A stretch of DNA of 64,000 nucleotides from an uncultured Longilinea sp. (lineage in GTDB: Bacteria; Chloroflexota; Anaerolineae; Anaerolineales; Anaerolineaceae), in the NCBI GenBank assembly GCA_964536805.1, contig CAZHYQ010000011.1, positions 17,305 to 81,304 on the forward strand. Direction: 5' to 3'. The notes below the pieces were generated by a model. It saw only the letters and a list, made by a program, of their open reading frames with translations, did not search any database and was not told where the DNA came from. Made by a program: the position numbers and the translations under genes. Of the stretch, positions 37,638 through 45,867 are shown in pieces; within the stretch, counting starts at the first letter, position 1, and each line of letters starts with the position of its first letter.

Positions 37638-38444
37638 TCACCACAGCCAGATGATCAAATAGAAGCCGATGGGGGCTGCCCACAACCAGGAATCGATCCG
37701 GTCGAAGATGCCGCCATGGCCTGGGAGTATGTGACTTGAATCTTTAATATTAAACTGGCGTTTAATCATGCTTTCGCCAAGATCACCCATGATCGAGAAA
37801 ACAGATAAAACCAGCCCCATGATCAAACCGCGCTGCGCTGTGATGGCTGGCGCCATCAGCCCCCATAATGCCCCCAACCCCGCGCCGCCCAGGGTGCCAA
37901 TTACGATACCGCCAATATAACCTTCCCAGGTTTTTTTTGGGCTGATCAGCGGTGCGAGCGGGTGTTTTCCCAGACGGCTGCCCACAAAATAAGCGCCCGC
38001 ATCGGCCAGACCGATGGTGGGAATGACCAACATGGTCCACCACAACCCATCAGGAATATTTCGCAGCGAAATAAAATAACTCCCCAGCCAGCCAATATAG
38101 AGGATGCCGGCAATGGTGATGGTGAAATCGGTGGCCGAGTGTTCATCCCCCTTTTCAAGATGGATGGTGTGCAGTCCGATGGCAGCCAAAACCAGTCCAG
38201 CCAGTGCGGCATCGGCATTGTGAAAATCAAAGAGGAAGCGTGTCATCGCCAATAAAACAGCCCCGCCGATCAACAGCGACGGCGAGGGCGAGTGGCCGCC
38301 CGTTTTATAGATGCGCCAGTACTCCCAGGAGGCAACGCCAAGCGTGAGTGTGATAAAGATCGCGTACGGCCAGCCGCCTAATGCGATAAATGTGACCCCG
38401 ATCGGTATCAGCAGGATTGCAACCAGGAGTCGCTGAATCAGCAT
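37638..38444 (-). CDS. cdsA: Phosphatidate cytidylyltransferase
   Basis: ISPKKTWEG, GDLGESMIKR..KDS..ILPGHGGIFDRIDS motifs. Confidence 0.96.
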   Translation of the reverse strand: MLIQRLLVAILLIPIGVTFIALGGWPYAIFITLTLGVASWEYWRIYKTGGHSPSPSLLIGGAVLLAMTRFLFDFHNADAALAGLVLAAIGLHTIHLEKGDEHSATDFTITIAGILYIGWLGSYFISLRNIPDGLWWTMLVIPTIGLADAGAYFVGSRLGKHPLAPLISPKKTWEGYIGGIVIGTLGGAGLGALWGLMAPAITAQRGLIMGLVLSVFSIMGDLGESMIKRQFNIKDSSHILPGHGGIFDRIDSWLWAAPIGFYLIIWLW

Positions 38445-38454
38445 TGAATTTCCC

Positions 38455-39198
38455 CTAACACCCTGAGGTCGATAACCGGCCGAAACGGCGATCGCGCTGG
38501 CTGTAATCCTCAAGCGCTTTTCGCAGCTCATCCTTATCAAAATCGGGCCAGAGAGTCGGCGTGAAGTACCACTCTGAATAGGCTGACTGCCAGGTTAGAA
38601 AATTGCTGGTCCGCATTTCTCCTGAGGTGCGAATAACCAGATCGGGATCAGGAATGCCGGCCGTGAAAAGATATTGGCTTACCAGATCCTCATCAATTTC
38701 GGCCATTTGCTTTCCATCCGCGATCAAATGCTGGATGGCATAAATAATTTCATCTCGGCTGCCATAATTCCAGGCAACACAAAGCACAAGCCGGCGGTTT
38801 TCACGCGTGGCTTCAACAGCATGCAAGACCTTTTTACGCAGATCTTCCTGCATCCGGTCTATACGGCCGATATGCCGGATTTGCACACCTTCTTGATTCA
38901 ATTCCTCAAGCTCATTATCAATCACGTCAGAAAGAATGTGCATGAGGCCTTCCACCTCATCGTTGGGCCGGCCCCAGTTTTCGGTGGAAAAGGCGTAAAT
39001 TGTTAAGTACTGGATTCCAAATTCGACGCTGGCCTGGATAATGCGGCGCAGATTCTCAGTTCCGGCGCGATGGCCCATCATGCGCGGAAGTCCGCGAGAG
39101 GTAGCCCAACGGCCGTTTCCATCCATGATGATGGCTACATGCGTTGGAATGTTATGAGGCAGATCTGCAGGCGGAATGGAAGGTGAAGGTTGGCTCAT
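38455..39198 (-). CDS. uppS: cis-Isoprenyl (undecaprenyl) diphosphate synthase
   Basis: PTHVAIIMDGNGRWA, YAFSTENWGRP, IRTSGEMRTSNFLTWQ and RRFG motifs. Confidence 0.97.
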   Translation of the reverse strand: MSQPSPSIPPADLPHNIPTHVAIIMDGNGRWATSRGLPRMMGHRAGTENLRRIIQASVEFGIQYLTIYAFSTENWGRPNDEVEGLMHILSDVIDNELEELNQEGVQIRHIGRIDRMQEDLRKKVLHAVEATRENRRLVLCVAWNYGSRDEIIYAIQHLIADGKQMAEIDEDLVSQYLFTAGIPDPDLVIRTSGEMRTSNFLTWQSAYSEWYFTPTLWPDFDKDELRKALEDYSQRDRRFGRLSTSGC

Positions 39199-39212
39199 GA
39201 GAAAGTGGCTGC

Positions 39213-39770
39213 TTACACTTCCATGATTTCTTTTTCTTTATGGGTGCCGATTTCTTCCGTATGCGCGATCATCTTATCCGTTAATTTCTGCAGCTCTTCC
39301 TCGCCCTTCTTGAGATCGTCTTCAGAAATTAACTTTTCATGTTCGAATTCGCGTAAATCCTTCACCAGATCGCGGCGTACATTGCGAATGGAGACCCGGC
39401 ATTCTTCCAACCGTCCATGAACGACTTTCACCAGATCGCGCCGGCGCTCTTCGGTAAGGGGCGGAAGATTCAAACGGATTACTTTTCCGTCATTATTCGG
39501 TGTCAGACCCAAATCCGACGCAATGATGGCGCGTTCAATGGTCTTTAGGCTGGATCCATCAAATGGCCGAATCATGAGCGTTCGTGGATCGGGAACACTG
39601 ATGCTGGCCAACTGCATCAATGGCGTGTCCATTCCGTAGTACTCTACGGCTAATTTTTCTACCAATGCCGGACTGGCGCGTCCGGTACGGATGGTTGCGA
39701 GGCTTTCTTCCAGATTCTGGATGGCACCTTTCATGCGAATTTCAGCATCTTTGAGTGATTCTTTTATCAC
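39213..39770 (-). CDS. frr: Ribosome recycling factor
   Basis: IRTGRASP, GLTPNNDG..IRLNLPPLTEERRRDLVK and RNVRRD motifs. GTG start after GGAGG. Confidence 0.98.
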   Translation of the reverse strand: MIKESLKDAEIRMKGAIQNLEESLATIRTGRASPALVEKLAVEYYGMDTPLMQLASISVPDPRTLMIRPFDGSSLKTIERAIIASDLGLTPNNDGKVIRLNLPPLTEERRRDLVKVVHGRLEECRVSIRNVRRDLVKDLREFEHEKLISEDDLKKGEEELQKLTDKMIAHTEEIGTHKEKEIMEV

Positions 39771-39959
39771 ATCAGCCTCCCTGTGCATCATTGCTCCGGG
39801 TTTTTATGCGTTGGCAAGACCCTGGAAAGAAATAGTAGCCTGGAAACGCCTATAAGGATACCTTAAAACGAAAAAAAAAGCTATCCAATCCAGACAGGAA
39901 GAGCTCTCCATAGCAGGAAGGACAATTCTTTAGTCAATTGATTTTCTTATCAAGAGCTC

Positions 39960-40355
39960 TTAGAGTTTCTTCGCTTGTTGCAAGCGAATATACTCCTGGG
40001 CAGCAGCTCGAAAAGTGTCCAAACCAAGCGTTGAACAGCGCGGGCGGGTTTGCACCAGTTCCTTGCCCAGCATCTCCACCACGGTGGATTGGTCTAAATC
40101 CGCCACTGATTCGACGCTTTGACCAATCAGTTGTTCTGTGAGCATCGAAGCTGCAGCCTGGCTGATGGTACAGCCATCGCCTGTAAACGAAGCGGCCGCG
40201 ATACGGCCGTTCTCGATTCTTAAGTAGGCAGTCACCACGTCGCTACATCCGGGCAAGCCGCCGTTCCAAATGGCATTGGCTTCGGGTAATTCGCCCTTGT
40301 TTCGGGGATTGTGATAGTAATCCAAGACCAATTCTAATATTTCGCTGCGGTCCAT
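39960..40355 (-). CDS. U-type Fe-S scaffold / sulfur acceptor (SufU/IscU/NifU-N-like)
   Basis: DYYHNPRNKG, three Cys (PGCSD, GDGCTISQAAASM, TRPRC). Confidence 0.88.
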   Translation of the reverse strand: MDRSEILELVLDYYHNPRNKGELPEANAIWNGGLPGCSDVVTAYLRIENGRIAAASFTGDGCTISQAAASMLTEQLIGQSVESVADLDQSTVVEMLGKELVQTRPRCSTLGLDTFRAAAQEYIRLQQAKKL

Positions 40356-40365
40356 CGGTTCTCAA

Positions 40366-41214
40366 TCAGCCTTTTTCGATGGGGGCGCCGACCAGATTGC
40401 CCCATTCGGTCCAGGAGCCATCATAATTGCGGACATTGCTGAAACCCAACAGGTATTTCAGCACAAACCAGGTGTGCGAGCTGCGTTCGCCTATGCGGCA
40501 ATAGGCGACGGTTTCTGCACCTGGGTCAAGGCTGTTTTCAGCCTGATACAGTTGGGCTAATTCTTCGCGGGATTTGAAGGTACCCGTAACCTCGCTAATC
40601 GCCTGCGACCAGGGGATGTTCCGGGCACCAGGTATATGTCCTCCGCGCATGGCGCCTTCCTGGGGATAGTTGGGCATGTGCAGCAGCTCGCCGCTGAATT
40701 CGCCTGGCGAGCGGACATCGACCAGGGCGCCGTTCCTGTTGATGTGCGCCATGACCTGGTCGCGGTAGGCCCGGATGGATTGGTCCGGTTTGGACGCCTG
40801 GTAGGATGTCGGTGGGTAAACTGGAAATTCCATCGCGATCGGCCGGTTTTCCTTGAGCCATTTCATTCGGCCGCCGTTGAGGATTTTGCATTCAGAATGC
40901 CCGTAGTATTTGAACAGCCAAAAGGCATAGCAGGCAAACCAGTTGTTACGATCGCCGTAAAAAACCACAATTGTGTTGCGATCGATGCCCAGGCGGGAAC
41001 AGAGGTTTTCAAAAGCCGGCTCATCAATAAATTCCCGTCTGACCGAATCCTGGAGGGTGGTAAACCAATCAACTTTGACCGCTCCAGGAATATGACCAGT
41101 GTCATAAAGCAGGTAATCTTCATTTGATTCGACGATCCTGACTTTCGGATCGGATAAATGTTGGGCTACCCATTCCGTTTCCACCAATACTTCTGGTCGG
41201 GCATAACCGATCAT
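40366..41214 (-). CDS. Tandem-rhodanese sulfurtransferase (SseA/CysA-like)
   Basis: [33 protein letters not shown], active-site loop YCRIGER, and NYDGSW.EW. Confidence 0.95.
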   Translation of the reverse strand: MIGYARPEVLVETEWVAQHLSDPKVRIVESNEDYLLYDTGHIPGAVKVDWFTTLQDSVRREFIDEPAFENLCSRLGIDRNTIVVFYGDRNNWFACYAFWLFKYYGHSECKILNGGRMKWLKENRPIAMEFPVYPPTSYQASKPDQSIRAYRDQVMAHINRNGALVDVRSPGEFSGELLHMPNYPQEGAMRGGHIPGARNIPWSQAISEVTGTFKSREELAQLYQAENSLDPGAETVAYCRIGERSSHTWFVLKYLLGFSNVRNYDGSWTEWGNLVGAPIEKG

Positions 41215-41313
41215 GGTGAACTCCTTCTGGAGAGATTATTATTGATTATATTTATGATAATAGTATAAATAATTGCCCTTTGAAAGTCAAGTAATATTCC
41301 TTGAAATTGGTAC

Positions 41314-41365
41314 TTGAAAATATGTTCTATCCGTGTATAATATGGATAATAGAATAAATATTCTA
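41314..41365 (+). promoter_or_regulatory. sigma70 promoter with two LexA-like boxes
   Basis: TTGAAA (41314-19), 16-bp spacer, TATAAT (41336-41). GAAA-ATAT-GTTC at 41316-27, and the perfect palindrome TAGAAT-AAAT-ATTCTA at 41350-65. Confidence 0.65.
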
Positions 41366-41375
41366 AGGTGACCCT

Positions 41376-42176
41376 ATGACAATACCTGATTTACTCCAAG
41401 TTCGTCCCGCTGCTCCAACCCGACTCGATTTGAGGGTTTCCAGACAAAACCACGCCGCCAATCCCTTTGCACGGTTATCTCTCGAAGGATTATTGAACCA
41501 ACATCCATACCTGCCGGAGGAAACGGCGGTCCTCGGCATTTGCGACGACGGACTTCCAGTTCTGTTGGATTTCACTGATCCAATGCCCGGTTCTGTTCTG
41601 GTAGCCGGGTCGCAATTGACAGGATCGAGGCAGCTGCTTCAATTGGTGCTTTCATCCACCCTGCGCCGGACAACATCCCATGGCATGGATGTCCTCGTTG
41701 TATCGCAGGATCCGGCTGCCTGGCAATCTGTAATTAATAAGCCTGGCAGACATCATCTTGAGATTTTACCCATTTACGACCGGATTTCCGGGGTAGCCAT
41801 TCTTCATCTCAGTCGCATGTTGGAACAGCGCATGAATGGAAGGTCACGCAGTGAGACGGCATTTTTGTTCATTGACGATGTTCAAAGTGTTAGTCAATTG
41901 GATCTGGATGTTCAGGTAAATCTACAATGGCTTATCGACCAGGGTCCCCAATACGGCATTTGGTCATTCGCCGCGATGGCCGCAAATGGCATGGAAAAAT
42001 TCGACTCATTTGTGCCATCCTTCCGGACTCGGATTCTTGGCCAGGTGGACGAACCAGGGCTAACCGCCCGGTTGGCAAATGTACGGTCACTTGACACTAC
42101 AAAATTTCACCCCTCGCAGCAGTTTTGCGTCAGGATCAAACATAATTGGATGAATTTTTGGCTTCCAGGCCAGTAA
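41376..42176 (+). CDS. Degenerate FtsK/SpoIIIE-like (EccC-type) P-loop domain protein
   Basis: AVLGICDDGLPVLLDF..P.PGSVLVAGSQLTGSR aligns with the FtsK-domain start but the Walker A Lys is lost. Walker B-like FLFIDD and QGPQYGIW. Confidence 0.65.
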   Translation: MTIPDLLQVRPAAPTRLDLRVSRQNHAANPFARLSLEGLLNQHPYLPEETAVLGICDDGLPVLLDFTDPMPGSVLVAGSQLTGSRQLLQLVLSSTLRRTTSHGMDVLVVSQDPAAWQSVINKPGRHHLEILPIYDRISGVAILHLSRMLEQRMNGRSRSETAFLFIDDVQSVSQLDLDVQVNLQWLIDQGPQYGIWSFAAMAANGMEKFDSFVPSFRTRILGQVDEPGLTARLANVRSLDTTKFHPSQQFCVRIKHNWMNFWLPGQ

Positions 42177-42188
42177 AGGAAGGGTAAG

Positions 42189-42416
42189 ATGGAAACAGGC
42201 ATGTTATGGTTCGATAATGATCCGCGCAGCGATTTGCCAGCAAAAGTGACTCAGGCAGCCGATTATTACCAGAAGAAATATGGCAAGAAACCGGATGTAT
42301 GTTTTGTTCACCCGAGTGCCGTCAAGGAAGAGCAGCGCTACAATGGCATTGCCATCCGGCGCAGCCAAATGGTTTTGCCAAATCATCTTTGGATCGGTTT
42401 ATTGGAGCATGCATAA
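42189..42416 (+). CDS. Conserved small hypothetical protein (75 aa)
   Basis: AAGGAAGGG RBS, 12 nt after the upstream stop. Ordered-looking sequence WFDNDP...AADYYQKKYGKKPDVCFVHP...VLPNHLWIG, followed by a terminator. Confidence 0.8.
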   Translation: METGMLWFDNDPRSDLPAKVTQAADYYQKKYGKKPDVCFVHPSAVKEEQRYNGIAIRRSQMVLPNHLWIGLLEHA

Positions 42417-42424
42417 GTCTAGAA

Positions 42425-42452
42425 AGCCGCTGGTTGACCAGCGGCTCTTTTT
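42425..42452 (+). terminator. Intrinsic terminator closing the two-gene operon
   Basis: Stem AGCCGCTGG/CCAGCGGCT with loop TTGA, then CTTTTT. Confidence 0.8.
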
Positions 42453-42455
42453 GAC

Positions 42456-43457
42456 TTATTCCCCCGCTTCATTTCCTTTTTTATCTTCCGAGGGTTTTTC
42501 AGGTTCAGGGCCGGGCAATTCCCGGTTATCTGAAAAAATGCTTCCAATCAGTTTAAATAAATTGGAAAGGTGGCGAAACCGGGTTGAAGCATAAGCTTCG
42601 GTAAAGTGTTGCGCGGCGTCCTGCAGGCTGACATCCTGATGCATCTCTTCGCGCAAATACCAAAGGTGTTCAATGATCCACAAATAAAGGTCTGCTTCGG
42701 TCCGGCCCGGGAATTCCTTTAATGTACCCTGTTCGCGGATCACCTTGACCAATGGGAGATAAACGTCATCATACCAGGAGATGGTTGCGTCCTCGAATGA
42801 GGCCGGATGGTTCCACTGCTCGCCCATGAACCATCTGTGAGTCTCAATGTGTTCGATCAGCTTGTTATAAACGCCTGGCAGCGATAATTCAACCTTCGCC
42901 TCTGGCCGAAGTAGGGACAGGTGAGTGCGTTCCTCAAATTCCTGTTTTTCGACTTCACGAATAAAGTCGTCAATATTCGTCGTTTCATCCACCGCGACCG
43001 GAGTTTCGATTTCGATGACATAGGCATCAATATCTGCCTGCCCCCGCTCCCTTGCGACCGACACGCGGTGATTTCCATCTTTGACGAAGTATGCTTCGCC
43101 GATTTTATAAACTTCGATGGGTGGAAGGATGACATCCTGCAGATGCGCCATGTCAATGCTGACCCAACGCGAACTGAGTTCCGAACGGCGCGGAAGGAAG
43201 GCCCGATCGAAATCCTGGTAGCGTCCTACGCTGCCGACGATTTTGTGTACTGGGACCTGGCGCATGCCCAAATAATGTTGTCCCTGAAAAGGCAGTAATC
43301 GGCGCACTTCATCAAAGGGCAGCAGGCTGTTATCTTTTCCATTAAACCACGTCGAAACTGAACGCCAGAATCCTTTTCGCAAAGCCACGTCAAAATCCGA
43401 TTTGGCAGTCTGAGAAACGATGGCGCTTATTGAATTCGGTTTGCTCTCATCAGACAC
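42456..43457 (-). CDS. ParB/Sulfiredoxin-like N-domain plus DUF4032-like C-domain protein
   Basis: IVGSVGRY.DFDR.FLP, LPPIEVYKIGEAYFVKDGNHRVSVAR (ParB/Srx G.HR motif), then a helical C-domain with SWYDDVYLP and TEADLYLW. Confidence 0.75.
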   Translation of the reverse strand: MSDESKPNSISAIVSQTAKSDFDVALRKGFWRSVSTWFNGKDNSLLPFDEVRRLLPFQGQHYLGMRQVPVHKIVGSVGRYQDFDRAFLPRRSELSSRWVSIDMAHLQDVILPPIEVYKIGEAYFVKDGNHRVSVARERGQADIDAYVIEIETPVAVDETTNIDDFIREVEKQEFEERTHLSLLRPEAKVELSLPGVYNKLIEHIETHRWFMGEQWNHPASFEDATISWYDDVYLPLVKVIREQGTLKEFPGRTEADLYLWIIEHLWYLREEMHQDVSLQDAAQHFTEAYASTRFRHLSNLFKLIGSIFSDNRELPGPEPEKPSEDKKGNEAGE

Positions 43458-43491
43458 TTCTCACCTCCATTCAACCGGTCGTGCAGCCGGT

Positions 43492-44142
43492 TTACCGAAG
43501 TTTAGGGCGCCGGGGAACATTGATATAAAATTCCCGGTATCCGAAAGTGTTCATAACCAGGGTATTTTCAAATTGTGTTTGTGTCACCGTATCCTGGCGG
43601 TAAACATGAATATGACCATGCAAATGCACCTGGGGCTTAAACACATGGTCAAACCAGCGAAATGCCTTCACGCCCTGGTGTGGCCGATCTTCCATATCGT
43701 GAATTTTCCAGGGTGGTGCGTGGCTGACGAACACATCGAGATAACGGCCATACAGCAACTTGTTGAAGAATAAGGCTGGCGTCATCTTCCAAACCATCAT
43801 CCACATTTCAGCCTGTGAATACTGGTGCGGCCCGAGGTTGTATTGTATGGTGCCTTCCATGCCTGCCAGCAAGAGACCAGTATCGTCCTGTATGACCTTG
43901 TTGTGCAGGTTGATCGCTCCCCAGGGTTCAGTGCGCTCGCCCATGGATGTCAATTCAACCTTATTGGCATGGTTGCCCCGCACATGGTAAAGGGGGACGT
44001 TGAGTGAGCTGATGATGTATTCGAGGTAATAATAAGGTAAATCGCCGCAACTGATGACAAGGTCAACGTCGTAAAATCGCTCGGCAATTTGCGAGCTATA
44101 AATAATACGGAGTTCAACGTCACTTACCGACAGGATTTTCAT
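43492..44142 (-). CDS. Calcineurin-like metallophosphoesterase
   Basis: LSVSD, SCGDL, VRGNH, VSHAPP and LHGHIH motifs. Confidence 0.9.
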   Translation of the reverse strand: MKILSVSDVELRIIYSSQIAERFYDVDLVISCGDLPYYYLEYIISSLNVPLYHVRGNHANKVELTSMGERTEPWGAINLHNKVIQDDTGLLLAGMEGTIQYNLGPHQYSQAEMWMMVWKMTPALFFNKLLYGRYLDVFVSHAPPWKIHDMEDRPHQGVKAFRWFDHVFKPQVHLHGHIHVYRQDTVTQTQFENTLVMNTFGYREFYINVPRRPKLR

Positions 44143-44156
44143 CGACCAGATTGATT

Positions 44157-44564
44157 TTAACTCATTTTATTCTGGTCAACTGATCCTGAAATTATAGGTT
44201 CTCCCAACGCAATAGCTACCGCCAGGGCAAGGGTGCTGGTATGGCTGATGCTGATGGACCAGGTAAACAAACCAAGGCTTTCAGCCAGCCTGGCTGCCTC
44301 GCCATGCAATACCAGTTGCGGTTCGCCGGCCGGACCTTCAACAGTTTCGATTTCCTGCCAGCTGACTGGCCCAATGCCGGTTTGCAGCGCCTTTGCGACT
44401 GCCTCTTTCACCGCAAAACGGCCAGCCAGGCTGGCATTTAAATTGTGGCTATTCTCCAGTTCTTGCGGGGTGAACACACGTTTTAGGAAACGCGGTTTTA
44501 TGTTCGGGTTTAACCGCTCGAAACGGTCTATTTCCACCACATCCACCCCGGTGCGTAACTGCAT
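44157..44564 (-). CDS. acpS: Holo-[acyl-carrier-protein] synthase
   Basis: GVDVVEI.RF, RVFT..E, LAGRFAVKEAVAKAL.TG, and ISISH motifs. Confidence 0.96.
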   Translation of the reverse strand: MQLRTGVDVVEIDRFERLNPNIKPRFLKRVFTPQELENSHNLNASLAGRFAVKEAVAKALQTGIGPVSWQEIETVEGPAGEPQLVLHGEAARLAESLGLFTWSISISHTSTLALAVAIALGEPIISGSVDQNKMS

Positions 44565-44574
44565 CCAATACCCC

Positions 44575-45867
44575 CTAGACTAATTCGGGCCCAGAACTTA
44601 TGGTAACCATGCGATCTGGAAATAAGTAATGCCGGGCGGCCTGAAGAACATCTTCTGGCGTAATGGCTGCCACATGTCTCGAGAATTGCTGGTAATAATC
44701 CATCCCTAAATGAAAACGTTCCAAATTTAGCAGCGCTGCCGCGACGCCGTTATTGGATTCCATTGAAAGCGGCAGCCGCCCAATGTAATTTGCCTGGCTA
44801 TCTTGAAGTTCCTCAATACTGACCGGTTCAGAAATGAACCTTTGTATTTCGGTCAAAATGAGGTCAATCGTGCGTTGTAGATTTGCCGGGTTAACGCCGG
44901 CGGAGACTTCCCATGAGCCTGTATAGATCCAGGAATTTAAACTGGTGGAAGCATAATAAGCCAGGCCGGCCTGTTCGCGAACCACATCGCCAATACGGCC
45001 CATCATGCCGAATTGGCCGAGAATGTTGTTGCCGAGGGATGCAGCCAGATAATCGGGGCTGCTGCGTTTTGGACCAAAACCGCCCATGACCAGATCAGTC
45101 TGGCTTTTTCCTGCCAAAGGGATGTGCTCCCGGACCGCTGCTGTTATCGGCTGGAGAGATGGAAGGATGGGCGGTTCGGGCTGAAAAGGATTTTCCCATC
45201 CGCCCAGCACATCGTTGACGAAATCATAGGCTTGGCTGGCTGAAACAGCCCCGACGACCACCAGTACCATGTTTCGGGGTCCGTAAACAAGCTGATGATG
45301 TTGGAGAATATCCTCGCGTTGGACGGATTGAATAGTTTCTGTAAAACCATCCTCAGGCAAACCGTAAGGATGATTGGGAAAAACGATTTCATCAAAACGA
45401 ATCGATGCCCGGTCCGCCGTATCCTGGTCGCGCATCGCCAACCCGGTGAGAAGTTGCGCGCGCAGCCGTTCGATATGGTCCGCTGGGAAAATGGGTTCGC
45501 GAATGGCTTCGCTGAGTGTTCCCAACAGCAAGGGCAGATCTTCGGCCAAGGCCCGGCCGCCAAAACTGGTATTATGTACACTCGCGCCAAACCCCAGGCT
45601 GGCTCCTACCGATTCTAGGCCGTCATAAATCTGTTGGAAGGTATGTTTTTGCGTGCCCCGCATGAGCGCGAGGGCAGTGTAATGGGCAAGTCCAAGTTTC
45701 TCGCGCGAGTCGAAAATGCTGCCGCTGGGAAGATATCCGCTGACCACAACGGAAGGGCTGCTGAAATTGGACCGGGTGAGCAGGATGATGCCATTGGGCA
45801 GAATGCTGCGCGTAATATCCTGCGGACCAGGTAGCGATTTCCAAGAAATTTCTGCAGCACTTTTCAT
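44575..45867 (-). CDS. M16B peptidase, non-catalytic partner subunit
   Basis: M16 fold with the HxxEH site degenerate (AHYTALAL); LGQFG..GR...VREQAGLAY. Confidence 0.88.
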   Translation of the reverse strand: MKSAAEISWKSLPGPQDITRSILPNGIILLTRSNFSSPSVVVSGYLPSGSIFDSREKLGLAHYTALALMRGTQKHTFQQIYDGLESVGASLGFGASVHNTSFGGRALAEDLPLLLGTLSEAIREPIFPADHIERLRAQLLTGLAMRDQDTADRASIRFDEIVFPNHPYGLPEDGFTETIQSVQREDILQHHQLVYGPRNMVLVVVGAVSASQAYDFVNDVLGGWENPFQPEPPILPSLQPITAAVREHIPLAGKSQTDLVMGGFGPKRSSPDYLAASLGNNILGQFGMMGRIGDVVREQAGLAYYASTSLNSWIYTGSWEVSAGVNPANLQRTIDLILTEIQRFISEPVSIEELQDSQANYIGRLPLSMESNNGVAAALLNLERFHLGMDYYQQFSRHVAAITPEDVLQAARHYLFPDRMVTISSGPELV

